A stretch of DNA of 64,000 nt. Origin: Tubulanus polymorphus (taxonomy: Eukaryota; Animalia; Nemertea). Position 1 is the stretch's first letter. Each line of letters opens with the position of its first letter. The notes beneath the pieces are model-generated. The model was not told the origin of the DNA. It did no database searches and saw only the letters and a list, made by a program, of their open reading frames with translations. This document shows positions 1 through 14,097 of the stretch, one piece after another. A program made the translations under genes and the position numbers. The stretch is from assembly GCF_964204645.1 (NCBI RefSeq), contig NC_134029.1:1426001-1490000 (forward strand), read 5' to 3'.

Positions 1-277
1 CAAGTTTTCCGTTGTCGCCATCTATCACTGTCTCACACAACAAGTATCAAAGTATTTTCTGGAATAACTCAAAACCTTCTCATGAAAGCAAGATCAATTT
101 CGTCAATTTCTTTGCCGTTTTCAAAACTCTAGTCACGAATTTCTGAAACACACAAATCCGTGAAGGATACAGTGTCATGGAAATACCCAATTTAGTCACC
201 CATAATAACCCATCATGAAACATTGTCTGTTAGAAAAATTAAGTTCAAAAAAAGTGTCCATTAGTTTTTCAGTTTAT

Positions 278-350
278 TCCTGAAGATGGCTATGATGTCG
301 AAACGTTGAATAAAATACTGACTCAAGGAAACATTTAATTCTTACTGTGG
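278..350 (+). ncRNA. Minimal hammerhead-like motif (Penelope pLTR relic)
   Basis: tcCTGAAGAtggc-tatgat-gtcGAAACGTTg-AATAAA: core, short stem II, palindromic stem III and downstream polyA signal. Confidence 0.6.
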
Positions 351-3300
351 GATTATATATAATTATCTACACACGACCGTCTCCCTGATTCAATAATCTG
401 ATGTTACTGATTGTTCATAGATAGCGCAGTGGAGTCCAATATTCTGCGTATATCCATCTCAAAGATGTATCATCGACCATGTCTTATACTATAACTCCAA
501 AACGTTTCTTTTCAGTGAACAAATTGATAACATAATATGTAGACATCGTTAGACAAAAGATGGCGTGTATTTGTTTCAAAGAACGGGCACAAGTATCTAA
601 TAGAAAAAAATTCGATCGTCGAAAATTTCATTTTCGTATAATTTCACGCTGACGCGTCCGGTCTAATCGTGACTCTTCGTCACTGAAATTAGACGTCACT
701 AATGACGTAATTTGTTCGCGATCGCGGCCGACGCCGGAAGCGACCGGGTTCTACGGACTCGGATTTAATACGAATAGTTTACATTCCGCTGAATTAGATT
801 CTAGCGAGTGAAAACATCGGTCTTCTAAACATTCCACAAATTGACCGCTTTGATTACTCAACAAATATCCTCTCGATCAGAAATATACGCTTCCGCTCCG
901 ATAGAATTTGCAATAATAATTGGTTTTTGCCCCAGAGCTAAGAAACTCATCCATACTGCTTGCGCTGCTGTTGCTGCTGCTGTTGCTGCTGCTGTTGAGG
1001 TCTTCACTAATCGAATCGGTGCCATCTACATAATACGTTACGATTCCTCTTCGATAAGTTTCTATAATAATTTAACTATCTTTTCTAATTCTTATCAGTG
1101 ATAAGTTTTTTTTTGTGTGGTACTTTTATGTCGCAGTTCAGTTGTTCACGTCATATTTTCATTCTAATTCATTGTTCAACACATTCGTCGTATGAGATTC
1201 TATTTTCTGTTATTCAGGCACAATCATTGTATGATTCTTTGCTGAAAACATTTTAAACTTTAATGTTCACCAAACGACATCCGTACATAATCAACCGTCT
1301 CTAAATCGAGCTAATTACCGCTATGCACGGGTTAACACTGAACCATCCATTTCGATAATGAAGACATGCGTTTCAAACGTGTTGGAAAAGCCTTACTTCG
1401 GAATTAAGCACTGCGTTCTTTTTAACGCAGCTGTGAGTTGAAAATGGACACTCGTATTGTAAGGGCCACTTCGGAACAGCCCTGCACTTCATTTTCATTG
1501 TATCGACCATATACGAGATGTTAAGTGGCAGAAAACGTCTTTCGTGTATATCGTTATCACACCAGACCTCAGTAGAACATCGTGTCAATATTGCCTCTAC
1601 TAATCCACACCAAAGACGCGCGAGTGCTATCGACAATTGCCCTCGACATAAACCATAACTAAAGAGGTCTTTGACATTAACGAAGCAACTCAAACGGTGG
1701 CTGAAAACTTATATATCTATATACAATTCTAGCAGTTCCTACTCGACAATTTCATAACAGACATCACGAGACTCTGAAGATAAGCCATGCACTCGTCTCC
1801 GCTATTCTCAAAACGTCTTGCGTCTTGTATCGGTTTTCGTAAAGAACCTTCCTTCCCTTTGAGGACTAGGTCTATTTTCTTGTCGTACATGATCCGATGT
1901 TTTACCGACACGAAAACGAAATATCTCATTTTATTCGTATCTTTGAATTCAAGTTTCATCGCCGGCCAGTTTTCCGTCGTTGAATACAGTAACGATCTCG
2001 CAAGGAAACGTAAACGTGTTTTTCTAAGTGGTTTTGACGCGAATAATTATTTCATTAAATGCAGTTAATTAACGATTTTGTCGACTTGTTTTAACAACAA
2101 TCTATTCGCCTTAACCCGCAGTGTGTAAACAAAGTAAAAATATAATCGGGCAGCAGCAGTAGCAGCAGCAGCAGGAACAGCACTCTTGTTTCTATTAGAA
2201 ATAACAGTCAGCACGTTTCATATCAAAATAAATAATTGATAGTTATGCGTTGAGAGCATTGAGAATTTTTAAGCATTGATTTATGTGTTACGCGTTATGT
2301 TCGCAGTCTCAAGCTTAGATCGCGCTGGGGATTTTTTTCTAAATGCGTTATACAGAAATTTAGAAATTTGGTTTTTTTCAAATAGTTTCTTACGGCTTTC
2401 AGACTGTTTTCGATTTTCGGGGACTACGCGAGTGTAGTTGGGGAGGGGTTGAAGTCCATACTGTCCGGCATCATTACCTATACGGTTCGGGTGATCTGGG
2501 GACCCTACATTTTTGGAAAGAAGATTGAAGCTCCCAACGGCCTCTAGGACTCTCCCTGCCATGCACCCGCGCCTACAACGAGTTCATATAAATATTTCGA
2601 ATTCTCAAGATCTATTCTCTGACAGGAGTTCATCTAATTATCTAATCGCACTCGATACTAATTGTATAACACAAGTCGCAGGTATCGAAATAAACATCGA
2701 TTTATTTCGTTGGTTAAGACAAAATACGACGAATGGCCGAAAGCGGAAACGTGAATAAATCGAAGTAAATACGGTTTACTCTCTTACTTAGCGAATCATC
2801 TTAGATTGAGTCAGTTCTACTGCAGAGACAGCAAATAGTCAATAAGCTAACTCAGAAAATGCAATTTGCAGCTTAGACTGTCGATGACCACACTGACATT
2901 TCCCATGTATAAAAACGAACTTCGGATATGTTTGTTTGCGCAGAAGGGGAACGCTAATTTTGCGTATAATCAATAGATTCAACCTCAAATGACTCGGTGG
3001 GTACAACAAAAAGGTCGTTTAATGACAGCAGCCGCAGCAGCCGCAGCAGCCGCACTCAAATCAAGACAACAAAGTCTCAGAATGACGTGAAATACATTAT
3101 GGAATAGTCGTCAATTTTTACGAAACCATAACGCAGTATAATTACAAGCGAAAGTAGCAAGACGAAAGTCGTAAGTAGTATTCAACGCTAATGTAAGGCA
3201 ATATGGCGATGACGCAATGAGAAGAGCTTTCTTTCGCTATAGTTTTCATTAAGATGAAATCAGAAGACACACATTTCTATGAATCGGGTCGATTCTCAAG

Positions 3301-5293
3301 CCGCGTGAATATCTAATTATCCCGGTCATAGTCCATCGTCATAATATGTTCCCACAATCAAAAATCGTAGCCAATCTTTACGTGTGGAAATGGTTTATAT
3401 ACCCGAACTCAATCTCAAGTGACTCTCGGACAAACACTTCAATGATAGTTTTTTTCCTTCAGAGCGGGTATTTTCAACCGGTCTCATCGATTACGCACGT
3501 TATCCCCAGCCCTTCTCTCTGCAGCTACGCCTTTTCGCTTTAATTTCGGTAACGTTGCAAGTCTAATGATCTCACGACACGTAATTCTCGCTTCGAATCT
3601 GAAAAAATATTCTCGTTATTGATGTATGTTCATCTCTTCCAGCAACATCTAGAACACCATTCTATCCACGTTTAAATGGCCATATGAAATCCCAGAATAA
3701 GATACTTTCATATAAGTGTAAGTTGTGAGGTTTTATGTTATTACACTGGCCTTAAGACAAAGGGTTTGAAATATTATCAGCATGTTTTGCACCAGTATAT
3801 ATGTCATTGATACAACAGCGACCTGATAGATACCGATCGCCATCACGATTGTCCACTCTTGCTTTGTGTAGACCTAGGCCTATATGTACTGATCAACATT
3901 ATGCATCTTCAATATTTTGCTTCTTATTATCTGGTCCACTTTCTATCGCGTTTATCATCTTGGCGTTCTCCTTCAAGCTCGTCTTCATTGGTTCGCTTAG
4001 ATATCGAATCTAAAGCCCTATATTTCCATTACGAGCATGTACTTTTAGATCCTACTTGTAATCGTTCTAATTATGTTTCACCCACGTCATCTCTCGTCTT
4101 TCTTCTCGTTCAGTTCATCTGATTTCTGCGGGACTGAATTTCGTGAAAGAAGAACTTTCACTCGTGTCGTCGATTTGTCTATGTCGGTTTGTTTTACTCT
4201 TATGAAACCGTGTTAAAAACACAAATCGGTGTTTGTTAATCGAGACACGACACGTGGTCCAGTGAACTAACTCCAATCATTCGTCGTGACATCTCATCTT
4301 TCAGGTTTAAGTCGCTGCGCAGTAGCGGTTTACGTCAGGCGTTCTGACGTAAAAGATCTCACTATTCTCTGACTATACGGCGTGTACCGGCCTCAGCTAA
4401 ATGGGGAACGGCAGCTTTACGTCAAAATTGTCAAAATTAGCTCATCATCAATAAACTTTCAGAACTGAGAACTAATAATCCATACATCATCACAGTACCC
4501 ACCAAATATACCATGAATAAGATTCATTTTACTACTCGGTTATCGAGGTACTTTTTTCATTTATAATTGATTAATCTAAGAGAAAAGTTTTATTCACCGT
4601 AGATTTTAAACGAAATGTGGAAAATATCAACCGAGTAACTGCTGAACGAGGCCTAGTGGATCCTTGCTGCTCGTCATATGGAATCCTCGAGCAGTTGCAC
4701 AAGTAGACTGCGCATGTTGATCGCCTAAGCCTTCAGTTACAGCCCTATTTAGACGGGAATCGTTTCTAAAGGTCATCATTTGATCCGTCTAGCTCTTTAA
4801 ATATCACATCTATAAGGACGACAGGAACCCAACAGCGCTATAGAATTATACACGGCAGTATGACACCTCAATAGGACCACATGTTCTTTCAGCTATACCA
4901 CCAGATGGCGTGAATAACAATAGGACAACTCGTATGAAATTTAAGATGGTTATCCTAATGTACGCCAGCATCACTCGCTTGCCATAAGTGGAATCAAAGA
5001 TAAAAGATTCAAAAGTCAAATGTTATTCTCAAACTTATTAGAAATGAAGTAAGGGTTTACAATATATATGAAGAGAATTGCTCTACATCAGAGCATTTAA
5101 CCAGATAATAAGAAAAAACGCGGTTAAGTCGTCGACCAATATTCACGCTGACAACTCATCAGAGTAAAATGGCGAGACAGTTTTTCCGATGCAACCGTCG
5201 TCACTGGATGAAAATAGCCATCGCCCGTCGAACAACAGGCGAATGTTGAAGACCATTATCAAAACGACGTGATAAGAAATAGCCAGTATTAGA

Positions 5294-5344
5294 CGAGAGA
5301 GAGAGAGAGGGGGGAGAGAGGGAGAGAGGGAGAGAGAGAGGGGA
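5294..5344. repeat. GA-rich simple repeat
   Basis: gagagagagagagaggggggagagagggagagagggagagagagaggggga. Confidence 0.85.
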
Positions 5345-7094
5345 CGTGTGGTTGTTCCATTAGCCGATTATAACTGGTTGACGTGAGATTCTCTGCTGCG
5401 CTCTATAAACAATCCTTACAGAGTTTATGCATACATACATAACAATAGATTAACCTCGTTATAAGACTTCAGCTTCTCGTTGTTGAAAAAGGCACAAAAT
5501 GTCCGCTGTTTTATTCTAATCTAAAGGGCACTCATTCACCCTTGAAAATTCCTGTCTGGTTATTATGATACTGAGTACGAATAGGTCAATTTCGTAGATA
5601 CGCGGAACATAAAACTAGATAGACTTCATCTGAGCGTGTGTTATAAGCTTCCAATCGAGTCTGATGACAAAAAAAAAACATCATTTAGTTTAAATGTATC
5701 CGATACGATGAAAATGAACTCTGATCCTTCTAAGACTCGGGATGGAGTTTTGTTAGTTTAAGAGATAGTTCATTGATCTAATGAAAACGCGGGCGATTAC
5801 GCTCCGTATCTACGTTTTTTTCCATCTCGAATCATTTGGAAGCATCTACGAAAACAGCACGATAGAAAAAGTGGCACTCCTTAAGAGCAGCGCGGGATTG
5901 TGATGACACAAAACGGCTGTTACATCTTTTGTCGATAATTTTTTTCTTTACCGCACGTAAACTGCGCTCTGACGAGTGTATATTCAGTGAATGCACGACG
6001 ACACGGAGTCCGGCTGTAGAATGGACAGTAACGGAAACTGTTAATGGTTATATCATCGGATGTTATACGTCCGGGGGCCATTAGCAACATTCAAACACCA
6101 GAATAGAAAATAAGGAAGACCACGCGGGACTAGTGACGTCATTATCGAAATAGAACGGAAATGCACGAATCGGAAAAACATGGCACCGGTGACGGAATAC
6201 CAGCAAATATTCAGTGAACTTCAGGATCCGGTTCCGCAGTTAAGATTCGACCCGATAGTTTATACTTTCATGGGAATGATACAAAACGTCGTCAATTCTC
6301 TTAGTTTTTCTTCATGCTTTGGGTCATTTTCAATTCATTGGAAATGAACTTGTTTTTGAATAAGAGCGAAACTCAACCGATGACTGTTCTTATCTTTAGA
6401 TTAAGAATCAGTTCATTTCTAATGTTTCAACTATAGAATGAAGTTTAATCAACAACTGACGAGCTGGGTCCAGAGATCTGTGTCAAAACGACGCCATTAA
6501 ATTGATTAAGATTTAATTAGACCTCGTGAACGCAATCGGTTGAAACTATATTTCCTGATCGTTTCTGATCGTTGCTGATACTGATGGAATTTGTAAGATT
6601 AGCCGATTCAGCTCAGCTGTCACACATACACACAACTCCCTGGTATTTAATTACTTCAAGTTCAATAGATCTAGCTGTCTATGAAGTGAATTGTTGACGG
6701 AAAATAACTGTAAAAGCATTAATTAGTATTATTTGCCATGTGAAACATGATTGATCGGGTGATTAGTGGCTAGGAGGAGTCGTAGATGATTCTCAGGGGT
6801 CTCAGTGGTGTATATCGCCTTCTGAAAATATGCGCTGAAAGCGAATCTATATCCGAGTACACGAGTTCGAGTTGGCAGAAAAAAATATGCCGGTATAAAT
6901 AGAAAATTCTACAATAAGAAACAAAAACGAAATGTTCTGTTGATATATGCTATAACAAGATAAAAAGAAACCCCACGGTATGTTAATCTAAAAGATCAAA
7001 AATGAAATGTGTTTATTGTTTCTCTCTCTCTAGAGACCAGCGTCGTCAGGTGTTAAGGAATTATCAAACAGCCGTCATCACATACACTGGTGCA

Positions 7095-7181
7095 GGTACA
7101 CAGTTCCGAGTTAACATTTGACTCTGATTTAACTCATTGAAAATGAACTAACTTTAACTCACAACTGTGGAACTGGGTCCA
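7095..7181. mobile_element. Small MITE, same family as 38911-39010
   Basis: acagttccgagttaacatttgactc…gaaaatgaactaactttaactcacaactgtggaactgggtcc shares both interior and TIR with 38911-39010. Confidence 0.6.
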
Positions 7182-10145
7182 AAATGATTATATATAAACA
7201 AGAAAACAAAACGATCTGAGTGGGTGATTAGAAAGTTGTAAGGAGATTATACAAGTTGTAGTAATTTGAAACAAAAACAAGAAACTGTAGTTATCACAAT
7301 CATTGTAGGATTCTCTACTCTTCCATGTTGCACGAGAATGATGTATTATATACCGGTATATCTGAGGCGAAGGAGCGCGCTATTGTTGGATGTTTAGCTT
7401 GTTTTCTTTGTCGGTGACGAGATTTTACTGAAAGGTTAATAGTGTCGACAGCGGTAACCGAGGCGGACTGACAACTAGTGGTTATTGACGCCGGTTTCTG
7501 CTGTTACAGTTCAGTCCACGGCATCGACGGTTCGTCAATATTAATATGGCGAACCACGATACGATGGGCTGGTTGGATGAAGGGACGAGCGCTATATCAA
7601 CGATGACGTCTTGGCTGAGGTTTGATACCAGTCTAAGACCAACAGTTCTAACTGTTTCGTCTCTAACAACTTAAGATCAGTTCAAGGATTTACCACTACT
7701 TATGGACTTGAGTAACGAGGGGGCAACTGGGCCCAAGGGTCGGTTTGGCAATACTGGCGTTGATTCAAGGCGATACGGTCATCTTGATTCTATAGCTAAT
7801 CTTACCGGTGTTAGGTGACGACCGTGCAACAGAGAAACATCATATCGTGGGGCTTGAGGTTACCCCCGATAAATACTCAGTGATTAACTCAGATATAACA
7901 TTCGATTTTAAACATGGAACTAATAATACAAATGACAAGATACGAGTTTCATTGAGAGATACGGTGTTACTGCCTCATTAGATAAAGGAACTAGTTCAAT
8001 AAGATCTAATTGAATATCTGAGACTTGGTTAAGTTTATTTATTACACAATATCAGACACAGTTTTCTATTTATTACACGGTTATAGGTGTTTGCGTTCAC
8101 GGAGTTCTCGCGCTAAATTACAAACATGCGCAGATGTTTATACGAGAATGCTGTATTAATAAACGCATACCTAACATAAATTAACCAACAAGGGGTTCAT
8201 GATCTTACATAAGATACCCCCTCTATCCTTCTCTCTCACTATCTTCCTCTCTCCCTCTCTCCCTCTCTCTTTCACTACAGATATATACTTCATCAAGGTC
8301 ATTTACTCTATACAGCCTAATACACAGAACACTACTAATTACAGCTGTTCCAGATTTATAATAATTATTCCAGGCTCAGCTCAGCTGTTTTGAACTCTTT
8401 CCAATTTAGTCGTAATATGCACGAAAATTATTTTGAGATCTGATTCGATAATCGAATTTCAGACAAACTCTGGCAAAATGACTTAAGTTTAACAAGATAT
8501 TTCTATTTCTCTCGCTAGTGATGGAAGCATGGAGGAATTGTAAGACGCAGCTCTGACGTCGATCATGCCTTCAACCCACAACATTCTCAATTTGCATATA
8601 TTCACCATAGCTTAATCGGCCTACTACTTAAAAAGTTGTCTTTTAAGAAAACATGGCAATTCCGAGAACTTCCTTCTGGTAATGTCTTATCTATCAATAT
8701 ATCAAATTGTAAATTTGCCAACCTGTCGGGCGATATTGACAGGACCTCCCAAGCCTTAATGCTGAACCAATTATTGGGGGATGTCCAGGAGCAGAATATA
8801 TATCACGTCAAAATAAACAAAGCAATGTTAACAATTAAATGTTAATTCAATTTGAACTTAAATAAATATCAACTAATTAAGGTAAAGTTTCCAAGTAGTT
8901 ACGTTGGATCATTATCATATCGGTCCTTCGTGTCGACTTACTATCGACGAAAGGCTCAAACATTTTTTACTGCAGACCCGCGGTGAGATTCCGGGAGTAT
9001 TCAATGTCAGAATTACCGACGTTAAAAAAGGATGTTTGACTGAGTATTAGAGTGTTTGTCCGTTAGCGAGACGATTAAACCAAGTACAGGAAAAACCTAC
9101 GAAAGCAAATAATATTAACCATGAAAGGATTCTGTCCACTTGACAGGGAAAAGAGACCCTCGTTGCTATGGCGATGTCGTCAAGTGGTCGAGATAGATGA
9201 AACAATCGACATCAGGCGAAACGACGATGGAAGGAACCAAGGAGACGAATCTGGGGATAACACCAGGCGAAGAAATGACACCCAATACCAGACACAACAG
9301 CGAATAAATTACGTTCATTTTATGTGTAACCACTGTCCAGATATTCTTTTCTTGCATATTCGATATTTCTTCAAATTCCGTTTCAAAGCAATCATGAAAC
9401 TTTTATCAAAATTCAAAATTCGTAATTTCACTAAATGTTTCGTGTCGCCTGAGTGATCGATTTCCATTTTATTAACATTGATGAAACGTTCACGCTGTGT
9501 TTAATGTTGTTATGATGATAAAAAAGAACCGCGCTAAGAATAAAAAGAGTCAGAAGAAATGTTTCCTTGAGTTATCAGTACATACGATGCTCGACTGTGT
9601 CCTAAAATCATCTTCAGGAATACTGTATTTCAGGCATATTCTTCAGTAGGATTTCTACACTATCCAAGATTCGTAAGATTGTTAAGAAATTAATTTTTTT
9701 CCCGTATACTGAGTGACCTTTAAAACCGACATTTCCGAGCCAAATACGAAAGAAAAGAATTTTGTAATCAAGTGAAATCCCACGAAATCTAAAATATCAA
9801 AATTGAAATGTTAGAGGCCATTGTTTCCTAACATACATCGTCAGGTGAACTGATATCAGACGGTATTTTTTCATACTTATTAAACTCTACGGCATCTTAA
9901 TTTCACTCGCATCTTATTTTCGGGTACGGGTAATTTGAATCTAATTCCTTTCGACGGCTAAATTTAGAAGAGATGATTCTGGCAGGGACTGAGTGGGATT
10001 AATTCGACAACGATGATGACTAATTGTATGAGATAGGATTAATTGAAGTGGCGACTGATTAGAAATACTGTCTCAGTCTATCACAGAGCACAATCAAATC
10101 ACTAGAATATATATGTGTATACATAGACATACGGGGGGGGGTAAC

Positions 10146-10932
10146 TCTCTCTCCTCCCTCTCTCCTTCTTGCTCCCTCTCTCCTTGCTCCCTCTCTCTCC
10201 TCGCTCCCTCTCCCTCTCTTCCCTCTCTCTCTCCTTCTTGCTCCCTCTCTCTCCTCGCTCCATCTCTCTCTATCTCTCCCCACCCCTCTCTCTATCTCCT
10301 CGCTCCCTCCCTCTCCCCCCTCCCTCTCTCCTTCTTGCTCCCTCTCTCCTTGCTCCCTCTCTCTCTCCTCGCTCCCTCTCCCTCTCTTCCCTCCCTCTCT
10401 CCTTGCTCCCTCTCTCTCCTCGCTCCCTCTCCCTCTCCTCCCTCCCTCTCTCCTTCTTGCTCCCTCTCTCTCCTCGCCCCCTCTCCCTCTCTTCCCTCCC
10501 TCTCTCCTTCTTGCTCACTCTCTCTCTCCTCGCTCCCTCTCTCTCTCCTCCCTCCCTCTCTCCTTCTTGCTCCCTCTCTCTCCTCGCTCCATCTCTCTCT
10601 ATCTCTCCCCACCCCTCTCTCTATCTCCTCGCTCCCTCCCTCTCCCCCCTCCCTCTCTCCTTCTTGCTCCCTCTCTCCTTGCTCCCTCTCTCTCTCCTCG
10701 CTCCCTCTCCCTCTCTTCCCTCCCTCTCTCCTTGCTCCCTCTCTCTCCTCGCTCCCTCTCTCTCTCCTCCCTCCCTCTCTCCTTCTTGCTCCCTCTCTCT
10801 CCTCGCCCCCTCTCCCTCTCTTCCCTCCCTCTCTCCTTCTTGCTCACTCTCTCTCTCCTCGCTCCATCTCTCTCTATCTCTCCCCACCCCTCTCTCTATA
10901 TCTCCTCGATGCCTCTCTCCTCCTCTCTTCTT
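10146..10932. repeat. Compound polypyrimidine (CT-rich) array with higher-order duplication
   Basis: Almost exclusively C/T on the plus strand. The landmark catctctctctatctctccccacccc recurs at 10261, 10590 and 10865. Confidence 0.95.
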
Positions 10933-11334
10933 CGTTCTGAGAAACTCTATCTGTTCATTTGTCGGCGTTAAAAATCTTAACAAGCGATAATGAAGCTGAC
11001 ACTGTGACGCTTTAGAGTTGTATCATGCAGGCAGTTCGTGCAGTCATACTATCGTAAAATGTCAAACTGTTACTGCGAACTGTAGCGAATTAAACGCCCG
11101 AAACGGTTCCCAGTGGATTCATTCATAGATAGTTAATTATATAACCCCAACTGAAAATATTGTAAAATATCTATTGCATGGTCATATACGAATTACAATT
11201 CCCTAAAAAACCGTTAATATGTGGCTATTTTTAGACAACAAAGTTCGGTTGATCACTATAACAGACAAGTCACCAACGTCAACTGTGGTCACTGCACTGA
11301 CCAGACATACTTCCAAACTGAGCCGGTCGCTATA

Positions 11335-11483
11335 GGCGCTGTGGTCTTGTGGTCAGAACGATGAGGTTAGTGAACTACAGGTTTCCGGTTCGAACCCGTA
11401 AAATGTACTGGTGTCATGAAACGGTTACCCGCAAGTCTCTTTTAGCTGTTACAGCCATCATATAGATACATTATTCACCTTTT
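11335..11483 (+). mobile_element. tRNA-derived SINE
   Basis: 5' GGCGCTG-TGGTCTTGTGG (A-box-like) and GGTTCGAACCC (B box) at tRNA-like spacing. The ~80-bp body is repeated at 12750-12830. Confidence 0.75.
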
Positions 11484-12749
11484 GTGGGCAAGGGCTAGGA
11501 ATTTATTTTTTACTGAGTCCATATATACACAACATCATTGCATTAAACATCTATAGCTTTTTAGCTTGAAACAAAGTCTTTCAGTTGAATATTTGAAAAT
11601 ATAAATCATTTTGAATTCCACAACAGTCGATTTAGATCCGGGTTATTTGAGCAATAAGAGCTTCCTATATATACCATTTTCAGCCTTCGAGACGTCGAAG
11701 CGTCTGACGGCGCCATCAAAAGAAAATCAATATCAATCGTTCAGATCGATGTGGAACATTGGAACATAAGCCTTCATCGATGATAACCCAATAACAGAAA
11801 GATGGACGCAGAGTAACTTAAATCATCACCCAACATAAGGCAAACTACGTGTAATAGAATTAGAACGTCGCCCAATCAACTAGTACAAGATTGAAATTCT
11901 CAAGAGTCGTTAGTACTTCTATTAAAGGATTAATATAATCTATCATAGACAGCAGACCGTCTTCATAACTATCCATGCCGCATATACACGACTGAGATGA
12001 AACAACAGTTTCCGATGCTTTTCTATTTTGTGTAACCTCGCGGTTTTCTTGTCATTTTAATTATTTTCTAAGGATGATCTGTAATATACGTCGATGTTAC
12101 TTTCAATGATGAAGTGATTCCGATATACAACCCGCTGATGCACGAGCCCAGCAGAGAATAACAACACATTCCGACTATTACAGAAATAACGTTATTAATT
12201 CGTTGAACTTCTCGTCAAATCCCCTCGTTACTGGTGACGTGACATTTGGACACCGAATGACCACCGCGCATTGAGACGAGAGATGCGTGAGACATTGAAG
12301 ATCTACTTCACACTCTCAGTGCAGTACACGCAGAGCCAGTATCAGCACCGTCAAGGGGCACAGCCAAGGTTATCAAGGTTATCACGACGACGAGGTACCT
12401 TTCCACATCCAAACAACTTCCAAAGCACTTCCTCAACTGACTCATCATTTTCCGCCGTCAAACAAACTAGTCTCTATCCATCTTCGATTCGATAGGTGTA
12501 GGAGTGATATTAAGAGATGCTAATTTAACTGGTAAATTGTGAACAGGTTGGCGATTTCCAAATGGCTGATGTTTTGGAGCCGAGATTTTTAATGATTCTG
12601 TGTTAAAACGTATGTTCGTTATTTGTGTGTTTGTTAAGAAGAGAACGTTTCGCCAAATCTTCGAGAGAATATTTGAAATGATTTATCATTTATAGCTTGA
12701 AGTGTGATCATTATTCTTTACAGACTCTCCCCTTCCCACTCCCACGTGG

Positions 12750-12830
12750 AATGCACTGGTGTCATGAGACCATTCCCCGCAAGTCTCTTTTAGCTGTTAC
12801 AGCCATTATATAGAAACATTATTCACCTTT
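12750..12830 (+). mobile_element. 5'-truncated copy of the same SINE
   Basis: aatgcactggtgtcatgagaccattccccgcaagtctcttttagctgttacagccattatatagaaacattattcaccttt aligns with 11402-11482 and has the same 3' end. Confidence 0.75.
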
Positions 12831-12981
12831 ATGCTCGGTCTCGGTAATCCGAGATACTCCGTGCAAGAAAAAATCATCACATCTGAATAAGAAATCAAGA
12901 GATAGCTTTACGAAAACATCCACATACAAAACCTGAGCTCGGCATCAGAATCTCTACCTCATTTCCCTCTCTTTTTGTACT

Positions 12982-12982
<1 letters not shown>

Positions 12983-13032
<50 letters not shown>

Positions 13033-13033
13033 G
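12983..13033. repeat. (CAG)n microsatellite with one TAG interruption
   Basis: Direct reading. Shorter CAG/CTG runs lie at ~960-995, ~2151-2173, ~3026-3053 and ~60901-60915. Confidence 0.95.
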
Positions 13034-14049
13034 TACTGATTATGAATGAATGTTATATACGATGTTTGCTGTATTGAATCGCGAGTATTACAACTCTTCC
13101 AATAATTATCTGTTAGCCCATAAACGATCCTATTACATCGAATATCGTAAACACTTCAGCATCGCCTTATCATCGAACATCCAACATTCACTTGTCCGCG
13201 CTTTCAATCGGTTTCCGACACCGACACCTGATAACGTTTTCCTGACATAAGCTGAGTTTTTTTTACGATGAGATGAAATCGGAGAGGTCAGTGAGGTCCA
13301 TGAGGTCGGCGAGGTTGATGAGGTGTGGTGCTGATATTTGCTGCCACTGAGGTAAAAGCAGGAATGAATTTGCGACAAGATCCATTGCTTTTTATCAGTA
13401 GTTTAAAATATTGTTGGATATTTTGACCAATTTGATGAATTGAATTTGCCGTTCGATCATCACACGTGACGCGCTGCAATCGGGGTTTACCGCCAGTAAA
13501 GAGAGTTTACCGTTAAATACTGACAGTTTACATGGACGAGGGCCCGTTTTGACATTTCACTCGAGTTGCAGTAGCATTGCGTTATCATTAACTCGTTCTA
13601 TGAAACGCTCCCTGCAGCTCAACAAGCTGGTTTAATACGTGTTACTATTTACGTATTGAAAATTCAATTTTGAAAAAGAGGAATCTTTATTGGGTCGGAT
13701 GCGAAAAGGAAGGTTTATCATCAAATGTGAACATTCTATTCCGCTAAATCTAGCTGCCATGACTTTATGGCTATATGGAGTAATAAGACTTATCACTCCA
13801 AGGACCGTCTGACTAATCTGATACGATCCCCATGCGCCCGCATTGCAAGAAAATTGAAAGATATTCGTTTAAAGAAATTAATAAAAACAAGCACTTTGTA
13901 GGTAAACAGATTTCATGTTATGATTCAATTTGATAGCGGTTCAAGTATTTTATCAGGTTAGTGGCGCTGGTTGCTTTACTCACTGGTGTTACTAGCCAAG
14001 TAAACCTAAACTCAAATGAATAGTTAATACTGTGCGATTTCATTTGAAA

Positions 14050-14097
14050 TCGCGAGCTTTCGCTTCTTGTACACATAGTATCTTCATCAGGAGAACT
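14050..14097 (-). ncRNA. Decayed minimal hammerhead-like motif
   Basis: Minus strand reads ttctcCTGATGAa-gatact-atgtgtaca-agaagc-GAAAGCTC-gcga. Confidence 0.45.

Noticed and set aside
1373-1700. 106-aa minus ORF with an acceptor-like site; LPLNI…(frameshift)GRY…ECPF is reminiscent of LINE ORF2 C-termini
   Set aside because: The similarity is too short and needs a frameshift. I cannot support either an exon or a LINE call without a profile search.
9121-9456. 111-aa plus ORF and antisense signal-peptide-like ORF
   Set aside because: No recognisable domain or exon chain; likely chance or a decayed repeat.
10059-10990. S/L/P-rich and E/R/G-rich ORFs
   Set aside because: Translations of the CT-rich repeat.
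11335-11410. Intact tRNA gene
   Set aside because: No acceptor-stem pairing, and it continues into a repeated body, so it is called as a SINE head.
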